Below, one piece after another: positions 51,553 through 62,900 of a stretch of 64,000 bases of DNA. Positions within the stretch are counted from its first letter, which is position 1, and every line of letters begins with the position of its first letter. The stretch lies in the NCBI GenBank assembly GCA_030704615.1, contig CM060731.1, positions 23,932,001 to 23,996,000 on the forward strand, read 5' to 3'. The notes below the pieces were generated by a model. The model was not told where the DNA came from and searched no databases. It was given only the letters and a program-made list of their open reading frames with translations. The stretch is from Takakia lepidozioides (lineage: Eukaryota; Plantae; Bryophyta). The translations under genes and the position numbers were made by a program.

Positions 51553-53310
51553 GCTTGTTTCTCTCGGCTTTCGGCGAAACAGGGGCTGTGTGGATCATAT
51601 CTTCACTCTAAGCCAGATTATTCAGGGAAGGAAAAAAGAAGGGAAACCCACTTATGTTTTTTTCCTGGATGTCAAAAAGGCTTATGACACAGTGTGGAGA
51701 GATGGCCTATGGTTCCGCCTCTGGTCTTGTGGGATCAAGGGAAAGATGTGGAGAGTTGTCCACAACTTGTATGCTCACACCAAAAGCTGTGTCATTGTTA
51801 ACGGACAGAAGTCCAACTTCTTTGACATAGACCAAGGTGTAGCTCAAGGTTGTACTCTCTCCCCTCTGCTCTTCAATGTTTTCATCAATCAACTCCTCGA
51901 GGATGTGGAAAGTGAAGGATTTGGGTTAAGGGTGGGTGATACCACCATACCAGCCCTTATGTTTGCGGATGACTTTGCAGGCATAGGGGAGACTCCAACC
52001 AATCTCCAGGAGTTGATTGATTGCGCGAAGAGATACTTTGATCTTTGGGGGCTAGAGGCTAATGTCAACAAATGTGCAGTGGTAGCATTCAACGACAGAG
52101 GAGAGGGAGGAAGTGATCTTAAGTGGCAGTGGGGTAGCCAAGAGATCCCGGTCCTCCCTTCCTACACTTACCTGGGCGTTGAGTTTTCCTCCAATTGTAA
52201 TTGGGATGCACATATACGGAAAGTTGTTCAAACGGCAAGGGCAAAGCTCTGGGGCTCACTAAATTTTTCCACTGCAGAGGGGTCATCTCTGAGGTTAAGA
52301 AAACCATGCTTTGTCGCGTTATTAGACCTGCCTTGGAGTACGGATTTGCTATATGGGTTGATAACTCCAACCAGGCTAAGTCTCTAGAATCCATTCAAGT
52401 GGGGGTGCTTAAGGAGTGTATGTCAGCATGCTCCAAAACAGCCAATGTGGCTGTTCGGGGTGAGTTTGGCATTCCATCCTTAAGCTCCCGACGAGATGAA
52501 TTCAAGGTCAGATGGTGGGGTCAGCTGCAACATATGCCCAACACCAGATATCCTAAGTTGATCGACTCTATATCTTGGAAACAGGTTCGCCCTGTCAAAC
52601 AGGCTAAGTCTTGGCAGAAGAGAGTAGAAAAGATTCTCAAGGACCTGGATCTGGATCCGCAAGTCTTGACCCTGTTGGATAAATCTGCCTTAGAGGCTGT
52701 AGTGTCTGAGGCCATGTCTGTTGCCATGAGATTGTCTGATGAAAATGAAGTTAGGCAGAGAACTTCCCTGAACTTGTTTCCAGTCAGTGACATGGGGGTG
52801 GACATCTTGGATGACCTCAAGGGTCTACCCACTCTCGGCACTAGACTGAAATTTAAACTCAGGGCAGGAAGCCTACCTTTGAACAGCAAACAGAAGCAGA
52901 GAGGAAAGGGAGAGTGCAATTGTCCGTTGTGTGGGCAATCTGAAGACAGTATTCATTTTCTGATACGTTGTCCGGGGTTCTCTCACCAAAGAGAGGCTCT
53001 CTTCAATTCTATCAAGGGAATTGTGCCTGTACCCCTGTTTACCAACTTTGAAAGTCTCGAGGCTGAGCCAAAAGCCCAGGCCCTCCTGAGGCCTAGTTTT
53101 TGGGCAAATCACACACAGCAGAGTGATGCTTGTGTGAAGGGTTTTCTAGAGGATATCTGGAAAACCCGGATTAATTCCTTATACGATGGTAAGTCTTACT
53201 ACCAACGTCAGCCCCTGACGGAGGTAGGTTCTGTTCCTTTTGTTCCCGCTCAAACTGGGCGCGGGGTCAATGGCCACAAGGCTATGGCAAACAACGTCTT
53301 ATGAGTACAA
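51553..53310 (+). mobile_element. 5'-truncated LINE copy 1 (RT plus C-terminal Cys/His motif; one frameshift near 52250)
   Basis: [59 protein letters not shown]. 16-bp TSD TCTCTTGTTTCTCTCG at 51537-51552 and 53311-53326. Confidence 0.95.
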
Positions 53311-53929
53311 TCTCTTGTTTCTCTCGTGGCTTCACCAGCGTGAGGTACGCCCTCTCTGAGGGAAAGGCCCCCCTGCAGGCAGGGTCTGTGTCTGGCATGG
53401 CTAATCCTGGTTAATAGGCCAGTGCAAGTTGATGCTGCAGCTTAGCCTTCCAGAACCCCCTCCCTGTCCCTCTTCACCTTCCTGTTCTGATTAATCCCAC
53501 CTCGGAGAGCATGCCCCTGCATCATAACACGAAAGATCAATGCGCTTACCCATGTGATGTTCAGAACGAGGGCCCTATGAGTAATTTGCTTATCTAGAGC
53601 GAGCAGCAAGACAAGTGTATTGACTCAGACAACGCAAGTGCAGAATGGCCTACATCGAGTCACCTGGACAATATATTGGAGCTGCTGCTCCCCGAAGATC
53701 AAATCGGTTGTACAATGAGATAGATTCTGCAGGTTTGCACCTCGCGCTGTAGTTGGTCAACAAATTTGCCACTTTGAAAATTGTGGGGCTAAAATCTCTC
53801 CAAGGGAAGGTCAACGCGTACACCATACTTCTACCTCAATTGCAGTGCCATCATCAGCACTTTCCATAGCGGAAATCAAAACTTGCTCTCTTGGTACCAC
53901 TCGAACATCATTCTCGTATAGCTGAATAT

Positions 53930-54167
53930 CAAATAGATTGAAGCTGAGAGGGTTTTTAGTATTGCAGGTGTCATAACAAACTTGAGACGGTGCAGGTTAA
54001 ATATTGAAAACCTTGATATGCTTGTGAGTGTAGTCAAGAATTGGCCAAATGATGCTAGAGTTGGTTGCTTTAGTACTTCCATGAAAGAGTTTTTGGATAG
54101 GGAAGAAGTCATCTTAGATGAGAATGAGGACTTGATTGCAGAGGCAAACCTCTTTGAGGTAGACTGA
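53930..54167 (+). pseudogene. hAT transposase C-terminal dimerisation domain remnant
   Basis: IEAERVFSIAGVITNLRRCRLNIENLDMLVSVVKNWPND matches the hATC pattern ER.FS..G...R.RL. Confidence 0.88.
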
Positions 54168-56960
54168 TTTGTCTTAGAGACAAATAATTGTTCAACATAT
54201 TACACTATACTCCTTTGATTGGAGTTTGTTTATTTGTCATTTTTATTGAAAATTTCAGTGACATCCCGTGTACTTAGTTTGTTGTATGCTATATTGACAA
54301 AGCATCATTCATAAAACACAAATTTATGTAGTTTTTTTTAGTTGTGCTTTTGCTGCACCATAAAAGGTAACCATAGAATTACACATGTTTAATTTGTTTT
54401 GTATTTTGAATTAAGATCCTTATGTAGTTAGTCTGTTTTAGTTGTTCTTTGCTACACCGTACAACAACTTATAAAATCTCTGGTTTTCCGTTTTTAATGG
54501 AGACCATGCATATATAACTAGTTATATATACCATAAAAGACAATCACAAAAAACATATAAGTTTATTTACTTCTGTTTTACTAATAAATTCCCTGGTTTT
54601 AGTTGAAAATTCTCAGTATGACCAATCAGATTAGTTCATCTAATTTTCTAGAAGAATAAAAAATTAAAAGAATTTAATATATTTAAAAAAAAGAACCGGA
54701 ACCTAACCGGGAAACCGGCGTTTTTTTCCAGCAACTAACCGGTAACCGGAACCGCCCCCATGTTAAAAAGTCAGAACCTGAACCGGACCGGAACCGCCTT
54801 AATAAAAAATAACCGGATCCGGATCCGGAACCGTCTCTTCAAAATTTGTGGAACCGGAACCGAAGGTTCCTTCACAAAGGCAAGAACCGCCCAACACTGG
54901 TACAAACCTTGCTACAATGTTGCATGGTGATATTGGGCAGTTATTCCAGGCAAGAGAATCCCCATATATACCTCTAATTTTTTAATATTAAAATCTTTAG
55001 TCCGTGGGGGGCCCTCGTCCGGGCCATGGGGTGACCAGACCCGTTGGACCCGGCACGACTTCTCTTACATCCAACAAGTGGTGTATGTACTTACCACTCC
55101 GCTAAATGGTCGATTCTCAACAGTTTAAAACGCTAACCATACCCCCCCCCCCCCCCCCCCCCCGACCAAAAGGAAACACCAGCCGCAGCAACTGGCCTCC
55201 GAGGGGAAAATAAACCCCCTTTTGGAGCCATGGAGGACCACCAGGCCACAGCCATGTTGTGCCTCATTTTGCAGCTATCGACACAGTCTTTTGCAGGTTA
55301 GGGCTTGTTTTCTTTGGGAGAAGCCAAGTTTTTACTGAAATGGGGTCATTATTGATAGCCAGAAAGTTCCTCTATTTGTAGGGGGAAGATGAGGCCCTTC
55401 CACCAATGGTGAACTGTCGTTCCCAGGTGTTTCCCTTTATTAAAAAAAGCAAGTAAGAGAAATATGCACCTTACACCAGGCCTAGGGCCTTCCGAGATCC
55501 TAAGATGCCGCTTTTATTGGGTGGGGCCTTAAAAAGTTCACGTTGGTGTTTACGCAGCGGAAGGGCAGCTGACCGGCCCTTCCACCATTTTCGAACTGCC
55601 CTCGTTCACGCATTCAAGTGAGAGGAGCAAACGTCCTCCTGTCCCGTCTGAGGAGCTAATTAAGGGAATTTCAAAGGAATTTCTAGGTGTTTTTAATTTT
55701 TTTAATTTTTTAACGATATTGTAAAGAACTGCCCAGAATTTTGCTACATGATTCAAGGTCCCTCCCCGACGGAAATATGCCTCGAAATACTCCCGCTCAA
55801 GTTGGAGGAACATTCTGCAGAGTGCATGAAAATTGTGAGCCGTCCTTCACGTCCGGGAAGGCCCCTGCCCGAGGGCATTCCACGATTTAAGGGCTGCCTG
55901 CCGAGGGCGTTACCTCCTACACATAAAGACCTGACGACCTGTCGGACCTAATTTTTTTATTATAAGAAGCATAATATCCCAGTGGAACTTACGCCGCGGC
56001 GCGGAATGTCCGGGTCAATGGCAGTCTGCTCCATCATCAGCTGGCATCCCGCCCAGATTTCTTTTACTTTATGTTTGCTTTCCTTACAGGGTTGCGGCGA
56101 CGTGGCAGCTTTATAGTCGCCTAGGGATAGTTATTAGGTTTGGTCATTACGCGATGGAATGCCCCTCGTGTGGGGCATTCTTGAGGCCGCCTTGACATGC
56201 CCTCCCCTACTCAGGGCATTCCCCTGTATTTCAAATGGAACCAACTACGGCGGTGTCCCCTTCAACTTTGTCAGCCTCCATGGCCACCATGTCATGAGAG
56301 GTTATAAGAGAGCTTATTAAAAAAGAAAAGAAGAAAGACCTAACTTCCAAGAGTTATATATACGTGTATGGTGAAGACTTAGCTTATTTTTAACACTGAT
56401 GCCTACTCTCCTCTCTAAAGAGGAAGCAACAAAACTTGGACATAAACAGACACACTTTTGGTGGATGGAGAGGGTAGGAACAAAATAGGTGAAGAGGTTA
56501 GTTAGTAAGATTTAAAAGAGCAAAATAGGAAGATGATGATATGATAGCATCTCAGGCACAAGGCCCAACCCAAAGTGAAGTGGATGTCACTGGTTTGGCC
56601 CAAGTCTTCTCTCTCTAAGTAACCCACAAAACGGGGGGGTCAAACAAGCAAAGAAACTGTTTGTTTTCTCCTCCTTTTGTCGTTTCTCTAGTCATTATGT
56701 GGTCTGTAGACCAGCAAGTGAGGAGACTGTCAGAGCTTCCATAGTCAGATGACCGTGTTTTTGGGTCACTCTCGGTGAAGACTTTTAGTTAGCCGTGCTT
56801 GTGAATCCTGATCACTGACATTCAGCTGTAAGGTCTGCACTTGCGGACTTGTATGCTGAGGTACTGCTGTTTTTCTGTTTCTTCTTCCTGCTCTCTGCTC
56901 TCTGGCTGTGGGTGAGGTAGATAATCAGTGGCAGCTGACCAACACTTGCAAAACCTCAAG

Positions 56961-59900
56961 ATGGGGAGCAGGTACTGCAGCGACGGCATTTACCGGCCCT
57001 TGAATCGCATGGCTTTGCCCTTTCCGGAGGATCCTTACATGGATTGTATGTCTTCACTGCATAAAAATACTCAGGACTCCCGTTATGCCTCCAAACCTGC
57101 GCTCATCGATGGATTGACAGGAGAAATGCTTACATTCAGTGAATTCAAAGATAAGGTTCGGGCATTGGCAGCAGGACTTCATACCAAGTTAGGGATAAAG
57201 CAGGGGGATGTGGTTCTTATTCTCTGCCCTAATTCCATATGGTATCCAGTAGTTTTTTTCGCTATTTGCTCTATGGGTGCGGCGGCCACGACGGTAAATC
57301 CGGTGTACACAAACAGTGAGGTTGGGAAGCAGATCAAAGACTGTCATGCTCGGCTAGTTATCACCGTCCCTGAACTTTTGGAGAAGGTAACAGGGTCCGG
57401 CCTACCAGTGGTACTTATGGGAGACGCAGGAGCTGCCAAGAGTGGAGAATTACCTTTTACTCGCTTCTCGGATTTACTTGCTTCAGATCCTAGGAGAGCT
57501 CCAAATGTTCGTGTCCGGCAGGATAGCACAGCTGCATTGCTGTATTCTTCAGGGACAACAGGGATGAGCAAGGGCGTCATACTCTCGCATAGAAATTTAA
57601 TGGCGACTGCATTGATGTTTATGTATGATGCAGACTCTGAAGAGAGAGAGCGGGTCTTTCTTGTTCTGCTTCCGATGTTTCATGTGTATGGGCTCGCAAT
57701 TTTAGTGTTTTCGCAATTGTATAGAGGTTATACTGTTGTGAGTCTCCCCAAATATGAGTTGGAGCTGGCTCTCAAGACAGTCGAGAAGTATCGCATCACA
57801 GATTTTCCGTTAGTGCCTCCAATCTTCCTTTCACTTGTCAAACAGCCCATAGTGGGCAAGTATGATTTGAGTTCTATTATTGAGATTACAAGTGGTGCAG
57901 CACCCTTGGGCAAGGATCTTATGGAGGAGGGTCAACGGCGCTTCCCTTCTTGGAGGATTCGTCAGGTACTTCTACCCATTGCTTATCCTCAATGCTCACT
58001 TCTCAATCAATTAGTTGTCAATAATGTGGTGCAATTCACAAGTAAGCGGTATGTTTTAAGGCTTGACCTTGTAGTAGACTCTATGTGTGGTCATATGGAT
58101 GCAAAAGAATCCCAGTGGTTGAGTCTCACAAGTCAGTGCACAATCCCGTCTTGACATCCCACATATGAATAGTTCCGCAAGAGCCATCTATGCCTCATGC
58201 ATTCCCAGCAAAAAATTCATGCACAATTTTCTTATGCCACTTCCGTGGGATTGGCCAGGGTTATGGCATGACAGAAACAGCAGGGCTCGTTTCAGTTGGT
58301 GTAGGGGGGGCTGATATCTCTCACTTTGGGTCAGTTGGCGCATTGATGGCTGGCATGGAAGCTAAGGTGGTTGACGTTGTGTCGGGCAATCCTCAGCCCC
58401 CCAACAATGTTGGCGAGATCTGGGTGCGCGGTCCCAACATAATGCAAGGTCCCCATTGGCTCTCTTCTGGCTGGAGCTCAAAATCTTGTGTTTGTATGTG
58501 TTTGAGAAAGAGGGGAGTGGGAGAGAGAAAGGACAGGAAAGGAACTGTATAATGTCCATGGAAAGCTCAAAGAGCTTACGGGACAAAAGAAAGTATGATA
58601 CAAGAAAGAAGTGGGGCCTTCAACAAGCAGCCCAAAAACATCCATTCAAGATCAAGAGATTCTTTAAGGTTAGCAACTCAATGAAGATATGTTGCCACGC
58701 ATCTCTGATCCTCATAATGGAAGATCTCTGCGAGGGATTGACTGTCCTGGTATAGGAAGTAGTAGTCCGAATCCCTCCCTTCAATCTTCTCTAGTTCAAG
58801 CTGGGCACAAGCAGTCAGCACGCTCCAGGTCACCCCATCTACCATCTGCAGGCTGTGTGAGCCCGCCTGAGCCTTTGGGATGCCGGTAGAGGTGATGGAG
58901 ATAGAGGCGTAGACAAGTAATTTGGCTGTAAGGCCCTACGGACGTGGAGGATAGGTGTCACAGTAAACATTGTGATGTCCACAGGTGGCACCAAGGGCCC
59001 ATGGGAGAGATTGTACTCATAAGACATTGTTTGCCGTAGCCTTGTGGCCATTGACCCCGCGCCCAGTTTGAGCGGGAACAAAAGGGACAGAACCTACCTC
59101 TGTCAGGGGCTGACATTGGTAGTAAGACTTACCTCCATATAAAGAATTAATCCGGGTTTTCCAGATATCCTCTAGAAATCCCTTCACACAAGCATCAATC
59201 TGCTGTGTGTGATTTGCCCAAAAACTAGGCCTCAGGAGGGCCTGGGCTTTTGGCTCAGCCTCGAGACTTTCAAAGTTGGTAAACAGGGGTACAGGCACAA
59301 TTCCCTTGATAGATTTGAAGAGAGCGTCTCTTTGGTGAGAGAACCCCGGACAGTGTATCAGAAAATGAATACTGTCTTCAGATTGCCCACACAACGGGCA
59401 ATTGCACTCTCCCTTTCCTCTCTGCTTCTGTTTGCTGTTCAAAGGTAGGCTTCCTGCCCTGAGTTTAAATTTCAGTCTAGTGCCGAGAGTGGGTAGACCC
59501 TTGAGGTCATCCAAGATGTCCTCCCCCATGTCACAGACTGGAAACAAGTTCAGGGAAGTTTTCTGCCTAACTTCATTTTCATCAGACAATCTCATGGCAA
59601 CAGACATGGCTGAGGACACTACAGCCTCTAAGTCAGATTTATCCAGCAGGGTCAAGACTTGCGGATCCAGGTCCAGGTCCTTGAGGATCTCTTCTACTCT
59701 CTTCTGCCAGGACTTAGCCTGTTTGACAGGGCCCATGGGAGAGAGAAAGAAGGAAAGAAACAAAGGAACTTAATAGCGTCCAACCAAAGCTCTCAGAGCT
59801 TATGCAGAGAGACAGAGGGATAATGTACTCATAAGACGTCGTTTGCCATAGCCTTGTGGCCATTGACCCCGCGCCCAGATATCCTCTGCAAATCCCTTTA

Positions 59901-62900
59901 CACAATGTGTGTGATTTGCCCAATAACTAGGCCCCAAAAGGGCCTGGGCTTTGGCTCAGCCTCGAGATTTTCGAAGTCGGTAAACAGAGGTACAGGCACA
60001 AATCCCTTGATGGATTTGAAGAGGATGTCTCTCTGGTGAGAGTACCCAAGACAATGAATCAGAAATTGAATATTGGCTTTTGGTTGCCCACACAACGGGC
60101 ATTTGCAATCCCCCTTTCCTCTCTGCTTCACAGGTAGGCTTCCTGCCCTCAGTTTATATTTCAGTCTGGTGCCAAGAGCAGGTAAACTCTTGAGGTCATC
60201 CATGATGGCCTCCCCCATGTCACAGACTGGGAAGTTTCCTCCTAACTTCATTTTCATCAGACAATTTCCTGGCAACAGACATGGCTTTGGACACTACAGC
60301 CTCTAAGTCAGATTTATCCAGCAGGGTCAAGACTTGCAGACTTAGATTCAGATCCTTGAGAATCTCTTCTATCTACTTCCGCCAGGACTTGGCCTGTTTG
60401 ACAGGCGATCCTGCTTCCAAGATATGTCGATTAACTTAGGATATCTGATATTAGTCATACTTTGCAGCTGACCCCACCATCTGACCTTGAAGTCATCTTG
60501 ACGGGAACTTAAGGGATTGATGCCAAAATCACCCCGAACAGCCACCTTCGCTGTTTTGGAGCATGCTTACATGCACTCCTTGAGCACCCCCATTTGAATG
60601 GATTCTAGAGACTTAGCCTAGTTGGAGTCATCAACCCACACTGCAGAGGGGTACTCCAAGGCAGGCCTAATAACGCGGCAAAGCATGGATTTTTTTACTT
60701 CAGAGTTGATCCCTCTGCAGTGGAAAGATTTAGTGAGACCCAACACATTGCGCTTGCCAGATAGAACAACTTTTTGAATATGTGCATCCCACAATTTAAG
60801 GTTTGTGTAGAAAGGGAGGACAGGAATCTCTTGGCACTTGAGTTGCCTCCTCCCTCCCCTCAGTCGGTGTGCGCCACTGCGCACTTTCTGACGGTAGCCT
60901 CTAGCCCCCAAAGGTCAAAGTATCTCTTTGCGCAATCAATCAACTCCTAAAGATTGGATGGATTCTCCCTTATGCCTGCGAAGTCATCCGCAAACGTAAG
61001 GGCTGGTATGGTGGCATCACCCACCCTTAACCCAAATCCCTCACTTTCCACATCCTTGAGGAGTTCATTGATCAAAACATTGAAGAGCAGAGGGGTGTCC
61101 ATTAACAGTGACAAAGCTTTTGGTGTTAGCATACAAGTTATGGACCACTCTCCACATCTTTCCCTTGATCCCAGATGACCAGAGTTGGAGCCATAGACCA
61201 TCTCTCCACACTGTGTCATCCAAGAAAAGGACAAAAGTGGGTTTCCCTTCTTTTTTCCTTCCCTGCATAATCTGGCTTAGAGTGAAGATATGATCCACAC
61301 AGCCCCTGTTTCTCCGATAGCCAGCTTGGCCTTTATGGAAACAACCTCGAGACGAGTACTTATGACTCTGCAAAATGTCTTGCCAACTGCATTGAGAAGT
61401 CTGGTGCCTCGATAGTTCCCCCCGGCTCTTCTCTGTCACCTTTCTTGTGTAGGTTGACAATGACCCCCTGTCGCCAGCGAAAGGGGATCATTTCAGTCCT
61501 CCAGATAAAATAAAGAGAAGTAACAAGGGTCTCTATCATGGGGTCGCCACCGTGCTTGATAAGCTCATTGATGATACCATCAGGTCCACCAGCTTTATAT
61601 CCGTTTGAATGCTCAATTGCTTCCACAATCTCAGAAGAACTAATATTGTAACCCTTTGAATTATACTCCAGTTCGTCAGGGCTGTCTTGGATCATAGGAA
61701 CAGTTTTTTCAGCTGTGTCTTTCCATTCTTCAGAAGACCCCTCACTGTTAGACCTAGAATTTCTGCCAAGCACACTTTAGTGAGTTTTGAAGGTTTTGAC
61801 AATGTCAACTGTTGAAGTCACCACTGCACCCTTAGTAGTCCTCAGCACTTGTACTTTGCTGACAATTTTTCGGCTGGTACAGATGTTGAAGGGCCAACCA
61901 GAATCTCGTCATTACCACCATGGTGCTTTGAGTTTATTTCCATGTATAACTTGTCCCAATATAATATCTTCTGAGACCTTACAAGCTGATTGGTATCTTT
62001 GTGGATCTGGTAGTATCTAGCCCACAATTCTTTGTTGACTTTCAAAGTGCAGCTTTTATAGAGGACTCGTCTCTCAGCTATCTTGAGTTTGATCTTATTG
62101 GTCCACTGATTAACAGCTCTACCGCAGACAATTAGTTTCCTCCCAATGATCTTGTCAGCCACAGAGGAGACGAAACTCTCCCAAGCGTCCGCCGCTCTGT
62201 CGACTCCATTTCCTGTATGGCCAGGGCGGGACTGAAGATCTTGGAACGGATGGACAAAGTGAGGGAGAGCCTCTTACAAGGCCTGGACATACTCAGCCTT
62301 GACCTTTTCATTTTGGAATTTTTTTATGCGCCACTTCTGAATTGAACGTTTCACAGATCTCTTGGTGTTGGGGAAACACCTTTTCATCTCAGTTCAAACC
62401 AGGAAGTGATCAGAGGTACCAATATCAGTCTGTCGATCAACACATTGGCACTCTGGGGAAACAAATTCTTGTCCACTATGATGTAGTCCACAATGGATCG
62501 TTCCCCAGTTTGGGCTTTCTCACGAAGCCACTGCACTAGGTCTCCTTTTGATCTATTATTCAAGGTCAAAAGCTGAAGTTCTTCCAGACAGTTTATTAAC
62601 TGTCTAATGCAACTTGTCCTCACCAAAAGGCCCAATAGTATCATCCTGATGAAGACCTGTACCCACCCAGGCATTGAAGTCACCCAATAAGACAACCTGA
62701 CCTTTGGCGAGGAACGTAGCACAGCCCACCTTTACGCCTTCAAAGGCTTTGTCTGTGTCAGCACTAAGGGTCCCCTCTGTGGGCATGTAACCACAACCCA
62801 CAAATAGATCCTTCCTACTCAGGCCGCCCTTCAAATTCAGTTTCAGCCAGATACTGTGCCCATACCACATACCCTTGTTGATAATTTCCAATTAGCACAC

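Larger units (their letters stand above)
50531..54899 (+). mobile_element. Non-autonomous hAT element interrupted by a LINE
   Basis: TIR CAGTGTTGGGCGGTT...AACCGCCCAACACTG. Perfect TSD GTACAAAC at 50523-50530 and 54900-54907. GGAACC/AACCGG subterminal repeats at both ends. Contains a hATC remnant. Confidence 0.93.

Noticed and set aside
55490-56240. GC-rich segment with local inverted motifs (GGGCATTCC/GGAATGCCC) upstream of the second 4CL-like gene
   Set aside because: Probably a MITE relic, but no terminal repeat pair with a TSD could be fixed.
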